Below are positions 10,927 to 21,061 of a stretch of 64,000 nt of DNA, piece by piece; position 1 is the stretch's first letter, and each line of letters starts with the position of its first letter. Source of the stretch: Candidatus Cloacimonadales bacterium (GTDB lineage: Bacteria; Cloacimonadota; Cloacimonadia; Cloacimonadales; JAIOQZ01); assembly GCA_963662655.2 (NCBI GenBank), contig CAXXTU010000002.1, positions 736,001 through 800,000 of the forward strand, given 5' to 3'. Made by a program: the position numbers and the translations under genes. The notes under the pieces were generated by a model. The model was not told the DNA's origin, did not search any database, and saw only the letters and a list, made by a program, of their open reading frames with translations.

Positions 10927-11817
10927 ATGAATCTTGCAGAATATAATTATACTTATGAAGATGCAGTGAAAACGGATGTACTCTGTGGCGATAGTAATGA
11001 AAAATTGGCTGAATTGCCGGAGAACTCAATTGATCTTATCATAACGTCACCGCCTTATGCTGACCAGAGAAAAAATACATACGGAGGAATTCATCCCGAC
11101 AGTTATGTCGATTGGTTCCTTCCGATATCTCAGGAACTGCTCCGAGTGTTAAAACCTTCAGGTACTTTCATACTGAATATCAAAGAGAAGGTTGTTAACG
11201 GAGAAAGAAGTACCTATGTGATGGAGTTGATACTAGAAATGCGAAAGCAGGGTTGGCTGTGGACAGAGGAATTTATCTGGCACAAGAAAAACAGTTATCC
11301 CGGCAAATGGCCAAATCGATTTCGGGACGCATGGGAAAGGCTTCTTCAATTCAATAAAGAACGTAAATTCAATATGTATCAGGAAGAAGTGATGGTTCCA
11401 ATGGGAGAATGGGCAAATTCCAGACTGAAGAACCTGTCAGAGACAGACATGAAACGGGATGACTCGAAAGTTGGAAGCGGATTTGGCAAGAACATATCTA
11501 ATTGGGTAACTCGAGACAAAGCATACCCCACAAATGTACTTCATTTAGCAACAGAATGTAGTAATAAAAACCATAGCGCCGCTTTCCCCGAGAGCTTACC
11601 TGAGTGGTTCATAAAGCTATTTACAAAAGAACATGACACTGTCCTTGATCCTTTTATGGGTTCAGGTACAACGCTTTTCGTATCAAAAAGACTCGGGAGA
11701 AATTCAATTGGTATTGATATTCTCCCTGAATATTGTAATCGAGTAAAAGATCAACTTATCCCAGTTCAGTTACAAATTTTTGAACAAGCAGGTGAATATG
11801 AAGGAACTAAATCTTGA
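10927..11817 (+). CDS. Site-specific DNA methyltransferase (N4-C/N6-A, beta class)
   Basis: ITSPPY catalytic motif precedes VLDPFMGSGTT SAM-binding motif; HSAAFP. Confidence 0.92.
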   Translation: MNLAEYNYTYEDAVKTDVLCGDSNEKLAELPENSIDLIITSPPYADQRKNTYGGIHPDSYVDWFLPISQELLRVLKPSGTFILNIKEKVVNGERSTYVMELILEMRKQGWLWTEEFIWHKKNSYPGKWPNRFRDAWERLLQFNKERKFNMYQEEVMVPMGEWANSRLKNLSETDMKRDDSKVGSGFGKNISNWVTRDKAYPTNVLHLATECSNKNHSAAFPESLPEWFIKLFTKEHDTVLDPFMGSGTTLFVSKRLGRNSIGIDILPEYCNRVKDQLIPVQLQIFEQAGEYEGTKS

Positions 11818-12533
11818 CGATGTCAGAGTTTACGTTGAGAAGAACATCGGTTGTTTTCATCAGAAAAGGATTCTCAGCCTTGACAAACTGAAATTGAAGG
11901 ATGTATTGAAACGAAAAAACCCTTATTTGTTTCGAGCCAAGTCCATGCTAACTGCCGAACAGATAATAAAAGGATTGGTTGATGCTTATATTTCATCCAA
12001 CGAGGAAACGCTTTTCGGTGATTGGCTAGAAGGTTTGGCTATATTCATCAACGAGATCGTCTTCTCGGGATGGAAATCACTGGCGCAAGGAATTGATCTC
12101 GAATTCGATAAAGATGGTGTACGAAACATTATTGCAATAAAATCTGGCCCTAATTGGGGGTAACAGTTCGCAAATCAAGAAAATGAAATTAGATTTCGTA
12201 ACTGCCGCCAAAACACTGCGGACAAGTAATTCGAAGCTAATCGTAACGGCGATTAATGGTTGCTGCTATGGCAGAGACAATAAACCCGATAAAGGATCAT
12301 ACTATAAATATTGTGGGCAACGATTCTGGGAATACATTTCAGACAATCGCGAATTGTATATTGATATCATCGAGCCCTTAGGACACAAGGCAAAAGCCAA
12401 GAACGACGAATTCATCGAATCCTATTCACGTATGATAAACAAATTCACTTTAGAATTCGCTGGTGATTTCTGTGCTTCAGACGGATCGATTGACTGGGTG
12501 AGACTTGTTCGATTCAATTCCGCTGCTATATAA
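11798..12533 (+). pseudogene. Type II restriction endonuclease (PmeII-like), frameshifted
   Basis: KRKNPYLF, SSNEETLFGDWLE, GIDLEF...IKSGPNWG; extra G in G5 at 12156-12160 interrupts GPNWGNSSQIKKMK. Confidence 0.75.
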
Positions 12534-12572
12534 ATATCAAGCGCTACCGTTTTTTTTCTGAACATACATCCA

Positions 12573-12712
12573 ACTCGAGATTGCTGTACACGCTCAGCCC
12601 GGGGGCGGCGCGTGCGCTCCGCGCACTGAAGCGACGGCATGTTGTTTGGATCGTAACAACATGCCGTTGCTTCAAGGAATCTCACGAAGTGGATTCCTGC
12701 GCCGCCCCCGAG
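12573..12712. repeat. Four-way-junction element family 2, copy E1
   Basis: 14-bp closing stem enclosing three hairpins with no unpaired junction bases; ACTCGAG-N13-CTCAG tail shared with 29793-29982. Confidence 0.75.
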
Positions 12713-12832
12713 GCCTGGATGGCTTACAACTCAAAGTTGCCATGTCCGAGCAGCAAAAAAAGTGATATCCGCTACTCGAAAATTCACACGCTTTTGATTT
12801 GACAGAAACCGTTGGCGCGGCAAGCTGTCTGT

Positions 12833-13642
12833 ATGAAGATGAAGTTCGATTATCATTTACACGGCAGTTTCAGCAGCGATAGCCGCATCGATACGGAGAA
12901 GCTTGTTCTCAAGGCGATCGAGCGAGGCTACAAGAGCATCGCAATCACGGAGCACTTCGATTTCAAGCCGAGCGAGATCGCGGAGTACGGCATTCCCGCA
13001 TACATGAAGTACCATCGCCAGATCATGCATCTGAAAGACAAGTATCGCGGTAGAATAGACATCATATTCGGGGTGGAAGCGGGAGAATACAACCGTTTCA
13101 GCGATCTTGCTGATCTGATATTCAAGTTTGCCCCTCCAGAAATGGTCATCGGCTCCATCCACTCGACCGACGACTACCCCAATTACTCGGTCAGGCTGGA
13201 GAAAGCGCTTCAGCGAGAAAACCTTATAACCTATTATCAAGAGAATCTCGACATGGCCACGCGGTCTAACATCGACATCCTGGGTCACCTTGGGATTCAC
13301 AAACGATACCTGAGCAAGCCCGTCGACGAATCGTTTTGTCTGGACATCATCGATGACATCTTTCGCAAGCTAATCGAACGCGGAATCAATCTCGAGGTCA
13401 ATTACTCTCCGCTCCGTAGAGAAATGCGAAATGTTCTTCCCGAACCTGAATTGCTTAAACGATACCGCGAGCTCGGCGGGGAAAGAATTACGATAGGCTC
13501 CGATAGCCACCGACTGGAAGATTTCGACGATTATTTTGATCGGGCGATAGAAATATTGCGCGGCCTTGGATTTCGCTATATATTTTACTTGGAACCACTT
13601 GCATCCGGTGAAGAACATCTGTGGAAAGCTCAACATCTGTAA
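12833..13642 (+). CDS. PHP-family phosphatase (histidinol-phosphatase HisJ-like)
   Basis: DYHLHGSFS, AITEHFD, GVEAG, IGSIH, LGHL, IGSDSH motifs. Confidence 0.85.
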   Translation: MKMKFDYHLHGSFSSDSRIDTEKLVLKAIERGYKSIAITEHFDFKPSEIAEYGIPAYMKYHRQIMHLKDKYRGRIDIIFGVEAGEYNRFSDLADLIFKFAPPEMVIGSIHSTDDYPNYSVRLEKALQRENLITYYQENLDMATRSNIDILGHLGIHKRYLSKPVDESFCLDIIDDIFRKLIERGINLEVNYSPLRREMRNVLPEPELLKRYRELGGERITIGSDSHRLEDFDDYFDRAIEILRGLGFRYIFYLEPLASGEEHLWKAQHL

Positions 13643-13779
13643 TGGATATAGTTGGTTGTAAATCAATCATTTATGGTTTCTATTCAGGAGCGGAAAAATA
13701 CGTTGACGGTTTTTCTGCACCACTTTTTTTTGCTTCGTAGCCCCAAAAGAAAGATAACCTACGATAAAGGAAGGTAATT

Positions 13780-16700
13780 ATGAAAAAGTTACGCAAGGAA
13801 ACAATGGACGGAAACGCATGCGCAACTCACGTTGCTTACGCGTTTAGTGATGTTGCGGCAATCTACCCGATCACACCTTCTTCTACTATGGGCGAATATG
13901 CAGACGCCTGGTCGGCAGCCGGACGGAAGAACATGTTTGGTCAGGTCGTTGATGTTGTTGAAATGCAGTCTGAAGGCGGAGCCGCTGGCGCAGTTCACGG
14001 ATCATTGTCAGCCGGAGCACTCACCACCACATTCACCGCATCACAAGGCTTGATGCTCATGCTCCCGAACATGCATAAAATCGCCGGCGAAATGCTCCCG
14101 GCTGTTTTTCACGTATCCGCTCGTTCACTGGCTTGCCAGTCCCTTTCAATTTTTGGCGATCACTCGGATGTGATGTCCGCCCGTAACACAGGATGGGCTC
14201 TCATGGCGGCCAACTCGCTCCAGGAAATTATGGATCTGGCAGTCGTGTCCCATCTGGCTACCCTCAAATCAAAAATACCGTTTGTGAATTTCTTCGACGG
14301 GTTCCGCAGCTCGAGCGAAATCCAGAAGGTCGAAGTCATCGATTACGATATACTCAAAGAGATGGTTGAATGGAACTACATTGAAGATTTCCGCAATCGT
14401 GCAATGAATCCGGAGAATCCAAGACTCAAGGTCGGCGCTCAGAATCCCGATGTTTATTTCCAGGGACGTGAGACCGTCAACCCCTACTATCTTGCAGCGC
14501 CCGGAATCGTTCAGGAATACATGGACAAGCTCTACAAAGTCATTGGTCGTAAATACAACCTGATGGACTATGTGGGCGCTCCTGATGCCGATCGCGTGAT
14601 TGTCGCCATGGGAAGCGGTTGCGAGACCATCGAAGAAGCGATCAACTACCTCAACAGCAAGGGCGAGAAGCTCGGCCTTATCAAAGTCCGCCTCTATCGT
14701 CCGTTTGCTGAAGAAGCCTTCCGCAAAGCGCTTCCGGCAACCGTGAAGAAGATCGCTGTTCTCGACCGCACGAAAGAACCGGGCTCGATCGGCGAGCCTC
14801 TCTATCTCGATGTTGTCGCAGCCCTCAAGGATCGTTGCGACACAACGATCATCGGTGGACGCTACGGGCTTTCATCCAAGGAATTCACACCTTCGATGGT
14901 GAAAGCGATCTACGATCACCTGAACGGCGCTTGCACACACGGATTCACCGTCGGTATCAACGACGACGTTACCCATACATCCATCCCTGTAACCGAACAC
15001 ATCAACACGATTCCGGCAGGAACTGTTAGCTGTAAGTTCTGGGGACTCGGATCGGACGGTACGGTCGGCGCTAACAAAAACAGCATCAAGATCATCGGCA
15101 ACAACACCGACTTGTATGCTCAGGGCTACTTCCAGTACGATTCCAAGAAATCGGGCGGTATCACCCGCAGCCACCTGCGCTTCGGAAAATCCCCGATCCA
15201 GTCGGAATATCTCGTACAGAACGCCGACTTCATCGCATGTCACAATCAGGCTTTCATTGGCCGTTACGACATCATTGAAGGTATCAAGGAAGGCGGTGTG
15301 TTCCTTCTCAACTCGAACTGGACCAAAGAAGAGGCCTTCAACAATCTTACCGAAGACATGCAGAAGACCCTGATCGAAAAGAAGATCAGATTCTATAACA
15401 TCGACGCGCTCCAGATCGCGTCGGGCGTTGGACTTGGCGGACGCATCAATACAGTTATGCAGACCGCGTTCTTCCTGATCTCCGGTGTACTGGATAGACA
15501 GGAAGCGATTGCGATGATCAAGAAAGCGATCGAGAAATCGTTCTACAAAAAGGGCGAAGAGGTCGTTAAAATGAACTGGGCGGCTGTCGATCGCACCGAC
15601 GAAGCGTTGGTCGAGATCGCCGTACCGGCATCACTCCCGGGCGAGGCGAAAGAACCGCAAAAACTCATCCCGGATAACGCGGACGATTTCACCAAGAACG
15701 TCATCGAGAAGATCATGCGCGAGAAAGGCGACGATATTCCTGTATCGCACATGCCGCTGGATGGATATGTTCCCACAGGTACAACAGCGCTGGAAAAACG
15801 CGGTGTGGCTCCACTCGTACCGAAGTGGCTTCCCGAGAACTGTATCCAGTGTAACCAGTGTTCCTTCGTTTGCCCTCACGCTGCGATCCGCGCCAAGCTG
15901 ATCGACCGTGACAATCTCAAGGATGCACCGGCAAGTTTCAAGACCCTCAAGGCAATGGCGAAAGACGGCGAGAAGTACGACTACAAGGTTCAGGTCTACA
16001 TCGAAGACTGCCAGAGCTGCTGGAACTGCGTGAACGTATGTCCGAAAGAAGCGCTGGTCATGAAACCGATCGAAGAAGAACGCGAAGCCGGCGAAGTCGA
16101 GAATCAACAATTCTTCACCAGCCTGCCGGAAGATGTGATGAGCGAAATGGTTAAAGAAGGCACCGTCAAGGGTAGCCAGTTCAAGCAACCGCTCCTCGAG
16201 TTCTCGGGCGCATGCGCCGGTTGTGGTGAGACACCTTACGTTAAACTTCTCACCCAGCTTTACGGGGACCGCATGATCGTTGCGAACGCCACTGGTTGTT
16301 CATCCATCTGGGGTGGAACATTCCCGACCATTCCTTATTGCAAGAATAAGGACGGACACGGACCTACCTGGGCGAACTCGCTGTTCGAAGACAATGCCGA
16401 GTACGGACTTGGTATGCGTCTGGCAGTCGATTCGAACCGACGTCTCCTCAAAGCCGCGACAGAAACAATCGTTGCGGACATGAACGGCGACGAATTCAAG
16501 AAGTTCGCCGCAGAAGCGGAAAAAGAGGGCGGCGAGAAACTCGCGGCCGTCAAGACGATCAAGGAATTCGGCGACTGCTTGCAGTATGCTCTCGATCACT
16601 GGACCGATACCGATCAGGCAGCGAAGGATAACGCAGCGAAGATCAAGAAGATTCTTCCCATGCTCCTTTCGCACTGCGTGGTTGAAGAACGCAAGGTCGT

Positions 16701-17382
16701 ACTGAAAAAGATGGTCGAGCTCCAGAATTACTTCATCGAGAAGAGTGTATGGTGCTTCGGCGGTGACGGCTGGGCATACGACATCGGTTACGGTGGATTG
16801 GATCACGTGCTTGCATCCGGCAAGAACATCAACGTTCTGGTTCTGGATACCGAGGTGTACTCGAACACCGGCGGTCAGGCATCCAAATCGACCCCGCTCG
16901 GTTCCGTTGCCAAGTTTGCCGAATCCGGCAAGAAGACGGTAAAGAAGGACCTCGGCATGATGATGATGAGCTACGGCTACATCTATGTCGCATCCGTTGC
17001 GATGGGCTCGAACAAGAATCAGCTTGTCAAAGCGATTCAAGAAGCGGAAGCCTACGATGGACCTTCCATTGTGATCGCGTACGCACCGTGTATCAATCAT
17101 GGAATCGATATGCACTATACCCAGCAAGAAGAGCAGAAGGCTGTCGATACAGGCTACTGGCTGCTCTATCGCTTCAATCCCGAGCTCAAGAAAGAGGGCA
17201 AGAATCCGTTCTCGCTCGATTCGAAAGAGCCGAAGATCGACGTGACGACATTCCTCGAAGGCGAGAAGCGATACACGACGCTCAAGCAGACCTTCCCGGA
17301 TGTTGTAGACGGCTACTGGGAGCATACGAAGAAATTCGTTGAGGAACGTTACCTTAAATACAAGAAAATGGCAGAAGAATAA
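13780..17382 (+). CDS. nifJ: Pyruvate:ferredoxin (flavodoxin) oxidoreductase
   Basis: YPITPSS, EMQSEGGAAGAVHG, two 4Fe-4S motifs, EFSGACAGCGETPY, GGDGWAYDIG; 1200 aa. Confidence 0.97.
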   Translation: MKKLRKETMDGNACATHVAYAFSDVAAIYPITPSSTMGEYADAWSAAGRKNMFGQVVDVVEMQSEGGAAGAVHGSLSAGALTTTFTASQGLMLMLPNMHKIAGEMLPAVFHVSARSLACQSLSIFGDHSDVMSARNTGWALMAANSLQEIMDLAVVSHLATLKSKIPFVNFFDGFRSSSEIQKVEVIDYDILKEMVEWNYIEDFRNRAMNPENPRLKVGAQNPDVYFQGRETVNPYYLAAPGIVQEYMDKLYKVIGRKYNLMDYVGAPDADRVIVAMGSGCETIEEAINYLNSKGEKLGLIKVRLYRPFAEEAFRKALPATVKKIAVLDRTKEPGSIGEPLYLDVVAALKDRCDTTIIGGRYGLSSKEFTPSMVKAIYDHLNGACTHGFTVGINDDVTHTSIPVTEHINTIPAGTVSCKFWGLGSDGTVGANKNSIKIIGNNTDLYAQGYFQYDSKKSGGITRSHLRFGKSPIQSEYLVQNADFIACHNQAFIGRYDIIEGIKEGGVFLLNSNWTKEEAFNNLTEDMQKTLIEKKIRFYNIDALQIASGVGLGGRINTVMQTAFFLISGVLDRQEAIAMIKKAIEKSFYKKGEEVVKMNWAAVDRTDEALVEIAVPASLPGEAKEPQKLIPDNADDFTKNVIEKIMREKGDDIPVSHMPLDGYVPTGTTALEKRGVAPLVPKWLPENCIQCNQCSFVCPHAAIRAKLIDRDNLKDAPASFKTLKAMAKDGEKYDYKVQVYIEDCQSCWNCVNVCPKEALVMKPIEEEREAGEVENQQFFTSLPEDVMSEMVKEGTVKGSQFKQPLLEFSGACAGCGETPYVKLLTQLYGDRMIVANATGCSSIWGGTFPTIPYCKNKDGHGPTWANSLFEDNAEYGLGMRLAVDSNRRLLKAATETIVADMNGDEFKKFAAEAEKEGGEKLAAVKTIKEFGDCLQYALDHWTDTDQAAKDNAAKIKKILPMLLSHCVVEERKVVLKKMVELQNYFIEKSVWCFGGDGWAYDIGYGGLDHVLASGKNINVLVLDTEVYSNTGGQASKSTPLGSVAKFAESGKKTVKKDLGMMMMSYGYIYVASVAMGSNKNQLVKAIQEAEAYDGPSIVIAYAPCINHGIDMHYTQQEEQKAVDTGYWLLYRFNPELKKEGKNPFSLDSKEPKIDVTTFLEGEKRYTTLKQTFPDVVDGYWEHTKKFVEERYLKYKKMAEE

Positions 17383-17401
17383 ACGATATCGACGATATCG
17401 C

Positions 17402-17432
17402 AAGGGCAGCTCGATCCGGGCTGCCCTTTTTT
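17402..17432 (+). terminator. Intrinsic terminator
   Basis: AGGGCAGCTCG-atc-CGGGCTGCCCT plus T-run. Confidence 0.8.
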
Positions 17433-17569
17433 ATGCCCTTGCTAATCGACTGCAACAATTAACGCTTCAGCTTTTGAACACAATTAGGCCATGCAATGAC
17501 TTGACAAGGCAAGGCTTTCTATATCAGATTACATACTAGTAACATTCCATATTCGAAAGGAGTCGCACA

Positions 17570-18214
17570 ATGATGAGAAAGAATTTTATGCTGCTATCGA
17601 TCCTTGGCATGATTGTAATGATTACTGGATGTTCACTTGGTAATCAACAGGTAACACTTGCAACACCACCGTCTGCAGAAAAAAGTGACAGGAATTGGAA
17701 ATCTGTATTCTTGAAAGTGGTAACTGATGATCGTGTTTTTGAGGTAAAACCCACAGATCCTTCTATTCCTTCCGCTAATTTCGAAGGTACGGAAGAAGAA
17801 TTGCAAGCGTTTGAAGCGAAAGCGTTTGCGCGCGTTAGACATCCCATGGGCAAAGCGCTCAACAATGTTCTCCTAGAAGAAGGATACAGCGTGTCGGCTG
17901 TGATGAGAGAAACCATCAAGTCTGCGTTTCGCGATATGGGTTACGAAATAATCGAAGATGAAAGCGGGATTAAACCAGACACACAGATCATCGAAACTTC
18001 TATCGAGCAGTTTTGGTGTTGGGTGGAAGGGAACGGACTTTACATGAGAATCGTAACAGCTATGGAAATCTCTCCTGGTGACCATCAAGTTTTTGAAATC
18101 GAGATCGAACATCACCGAAATTCGATGTCAGCTTCAACTGGTAAGTTCAAGCGCATGGCGGAAGAGAGTCTGGTTAAATACTCCGATAAGCTAAAGCGTA
18201 GATACAAATTATAG
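17570..18214 (+). CDS. Lipoprotein (YajG-like)
   Basis: Lipobox MITGC; V-T-D-D-R motif; AAGGAG RBS. Confidence 0.7.
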   Translation: MMRKNFMLLSILGMIVMITGCSLGNQQVTLATPPSAEKSDRNWKSVFLKVVTDDRVFEVKPTDPSIPSANFEGTEEELQAFEAKAFARVRHPMGKALNNVLLEEGYSVSAVMRETIKSAFRDMGYEIIEDESGIKPDTQIIETSIEQFWCWVEGNGLYMRIVTAMEISPGDHQVFEIEIEHHRNSMSASTGKFKRMAEESLVKYSDKLKRRYKL

Positions 18215-18222
18215 TGACACCG

Positions 18223-18251
18223 AAGGCAGCTCGAAACCGGGCTGCCTTTTT
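18223..18251 (+). terminator. Intrinsic terminator, near-copy of 17402-17432
   Basis: AAGGCAGCTCG-aaac-CGGGCTGCCTT plus T-run. Confidence 0.75.
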
Positions 18252-18401
18252 CTTTTCCGTCATTGGCCAAGCATCAAATTTATCGCCGTCCACCGCGCCG
18301 CGCCCCCGCTTGGGTGGGCGGGATATCCAATGGAGGTTGTTCCGGAAAAGAAAAGCCCCGCTTTCGCGGGGTAATGAGAGTAATCGGGGAGGTTGGAGAA
18401 G

Positions 18402-19295
18402 TTATGAATCCTGTAGTTTTTCTTTCAGCTCTCTGATCTCCTCTTTCATCTTTCTGATTTCTTCCCGCAGGTCTTTTTCTTCGAAGTCGATGGAGTCCGG
18501 TATGGTTTCGTCGATCCACTCCTGAAGAGGAGAGAGATCGATCAATTTGACGTTTTCGGAGTCCGGACCGTACATCAGGACGTTGTTTGCGGAGTCGTAC
18601 CCAAAGTAATACCCGAAATCGATAGTCTGAGGTATAACGCCCACAACGACTTCCAGCTTCTTGCCGCTTCTGCTGAGTTCGAGCCGGATAGCGTCGCCTT
18701 TTGTTTTACGACGCAGGATATTGCGGAGGTCTTTACCCGAGTGAATCTTCTTTCCGTCTGCGGCAACGATCACGTCACCGGCCTTGACTCCGGCGCGGTC
18801 GGCGGTTCCGTTGACATCAACCTCCGTAACGAGGAGTCCGTTTTTGACGTTGAAGTACCCATGAAGCTGAGGCGTGAGTTCCTGTACTTTCATCTCGAGC
18901 CACTTGCTCCAGTTGAGGAAGAATTCCGGATTGTAGGAAATCACCTCGCTACGGTTGCCCAGCTTGACCGTAAGGTTCTTCTTCGTTTCGTCGATAAGCA
19001 CCGCCATTTTGACTTTGTCGCCTGGCTTGTGCCGGTCGATAATCTCCTTCATCTGCTCTTCGGTCTTGATGGCCTTGCGATCGATTGAGAGCACGACCAT
19101 GCCTTCCGCAAGACCGGCGTTCTCAGCGGGAGAATCCGGAACAACGCTGACCACCCGAACACCGTTACCGATTCCGAGGTCTTTCAACTGGTCGGCTGAA
19201 AGATTCTCCAGGTAGACACCGATGTAAGGTTTGTCGGCAGCGCTGAGCGCTATGAAGATCAGGATTAATGCCAGTACGAATGCTGTTTGCTTCAT
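18402..19295 (-). CDS. Secreted tandem PDZ-domain protein
   Basis: Signal peptide; YIGVYL..GVRVVSVVPDSPAENAGL and GLLVTEV..ADRAGVKAGDVI; C-terminal coiled coil. Confidence 0.85.
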   Translation of the reverse strand: MKQTAFVLALILIFIALSAADKPYIGVYLENLSADQLKDLGIGNGVRVVSVVPDSPAENAGLAEGMVVLSIDRKAIKTEEQMKEIIDRHKPGDKVKMAVLIDETKKNLTVKLGNRSEVISYNPEFFLNWSKWLEMKVQELTPQLHGYFNVKNGLLVTEVDVNGTADRAGVKAGDVIVAADGKKIHSGKDLRNILRRKTKGDAIRLELSRSGKKLEVVVGVIPQTIDFGYYFGYDSANNVLMYGPDSENVKLIDLSPLQEWIDETIPDSIDFEEKDLREEIRKMKEEIRELKEKLQDS

Positions 19296-19307
19296 TCAAT
19301 CCCCGAG

Positions 19308-19799
19308 TTAATACATTTTCGGAAGCTTCTTCACTTCGCTGATGTAATAGACGTTACCTTTCTTCTCGTCCGTTCCGCGACGAATGATGTAAGACTTCCC
19401 TTCAACAAGGTGGGGGAAACCTGCTACTTCGCCTTGCACGCTGTCGTTGACCACGGACACGTTGCCGATACGCTGGTTCGCCAGGTATATATCCTCCTCG
19501 GTAAGGAAAGGCTCCGGTGCGTCAACCATCACCTCGCCCGGCTCGATCTGCGCGACCTCTTCCACGACTTCCTTCTCACCCGCAAAGGCATAGTGAAGGT
19601 TGTGAGCGAAGTCCGGACGCATAACAAAGCCCATGACCAGCAGGAACATCATCGCCGCCGCCGCAGTGGCGAACGCCGGATACCAGGAACGCTTGCGCTC
19701 GAAAAATTCCTTCCTAAGCTCGTACTTGAGCCGAACGGAGAACGGTCCGGGCGGCGTTTCGGGAACGCGTACATTTTCAAGATACTTTTTGATAGACAT
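19308..19799 (-). CDS. Putative membrane anti-sigma factor
   Basis: Single TM helix, overlaps the 3' end of the ECF sigma gene. Confidence 0.65.
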   Translation of the reverse strand: MSIKKYLENVRVPETPPGPFSVRLKYELRKEFFERKRSWYPAFATAAAAMMFLLVMGFVMRPDFAHNLHYAFAGEKEVVEEVAQIEPGEVMVDAPEPFLTEEDIYLANQRIGNVSVVNDSVQGEVAGFPHLVEGKSYIIRRGTDEKKGNVYYISEVKKLPKMY

Positions 19800-20322
19800 C
19801 TTCCAATACCTCCTCCGGTATTAGTTTTTCCAATTTTCGTAAAGCTCGGTGAAGATTCACTCTGAGCGTATTTTCTTTCTTACCGACAATCTCGGATATT
19901 TCCGAGAAGCTCTTCTTCTCGAAGAATCTGAAGTAAATCAGATCCTGGTCGCTTTGAGGAAGCCCTTTAATATACTGATGAACAAATTCGTAGGAGAAAT
20001 ATTCCTCTTCTTCCTGCGGGATGTCGCTTTCGTCGAAGACCTGCTGCTCGATCTTACGCTGTCGCTTCTCCTTGCGGAAGTAATTGCTGATCTCGCTGAT
20101 CGCGATTCGATACAGCCAGGCCGAGAACGGTATCGATCGCCAGCGGAACATGTGCAGCTTGCTCATCGCCTTGTAAAACACGTTGGAGACGATTTCCTCG
20201 GCTATGTCCCTGTTGTTCACGCGGACGATCACAAAACGGAAGATCGCCGGGAAATGCTCCTCATATAGCTTGTCAAAGTACCTAATATCCTTCTTCGCTT
20301 GCAGGATTAGATCTTTATCCAT
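19777..20322 (-). CDS. ECF-family sigma-70 factor
   Basis: AEEIVSNVF, FSAWLYRIA (region 2), SFSEISEIVGKKENTLRVNLHRALRKL (region 4). Confidence 0.9.
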   Translation of the reverse strand: MDKDLILQAKKDIRYFDKLYEEHFPAIFRFVIVRVNNRDIAEEIVSNVFYKAMSKLHMFRWRSIPFSAWLYRIAISEISNYFRKEKRQRKIEQQVFDESDIPQEEEEYFSYEFVHQYIKGLPQSDQDLIYFRFFEKKSFSEISEIVGKKENTLRVNLHRALRKLEKLIPEEVLEDVYQKVS

Positions 20323-20494
20323 TTTTGTCACCTCTCAATTCATATAACGCGACACCTTTACGCGAGTTTCACAAAATCATCTTTTTTCTTGGCGTCATTT
20401 ATATCAACCCATTTTTTCAACCGGTTAGGAAATACTGGACACACACCGCGCAGTCGAATTTCCTGACCCCCGCAAGCAAACAATTGGAGGGACA

Positions 20495-21031
20495 ATGAAA
20501 CGGGTGGTCGTTGTGGGAACGAGTTGCTCAGGGAAAACCACGTTTGCCGGCAAGCTTGCGAACCGATTGGGGATCAAGCACGTGGAGCTGGACGAAATCT
20601 ACTGGATGAAAGACTGGCAGGGGCGTCCCGTAGATGAATTCAGGCGCATGGTGCTGCAAGAAGCGGAGCGGGATTCGTGGGTGATCGAGGGGAACTACCG
20701 CAAGGTGCGTGACATTCTCTGGAACCGTGCCGATACGCTCGTCTGGCTCAACTATCCTTTCAGCCTCGTATTCTACCGCGCGATCACGAGAACGCTGCGC
20801 CGGGTGTTCCGCAAGGAAGTGATATGCGGAGGCAACACGGAATCCTTCTATCTTGCGTTCCTGAGCCCTGAATCCATTCCGCGCTGGGTGCTGAAAACCT
20901 ACTGGAAGCGCAAGAAGGAATATTCCCAGCTCATGAAGTCGAACGAGTTCCCGAATATGAAGAGGATTGAGTTGCAAAGCAAAAAATCAGCAAGCAAGCT
21001 ATTGGAAAATCTTGACGTCAATTCGTATTAA
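20495..21031 (+). CDS. P-loop kinase (adenylate kinase/FlaR-like)
   Basis: GTSCSGKTT, ELDEIYW, WVIEGNY; GGAGG RBS. Confidence 0.85.
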   Translation: MKRVVVVGTSCSGKTTFAGKLANRLGIKHVELDEIYWMKDWQGRPVDEFRRMVLQEAERDSWVIEGNYRKVRDILWNRADTLVWLNYPFSLVFYRAITRTLRRVFRKEVICGGNTESFYLAFLSPESIPRWVLKTYWKRKKEYSQLMKSNEFPNMKRIELQSKKSASKLLENLDVNSY

Positions 21032-21061
21032 GTCACTCCTATGATTAAGGAGATGAAATCA

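Noticed and set aside
17384..17400. CGATATCG repeated twice after the nifJ stop
   Set aside because: Too short, and CGAT/ATCG words are frequent in this sequence.
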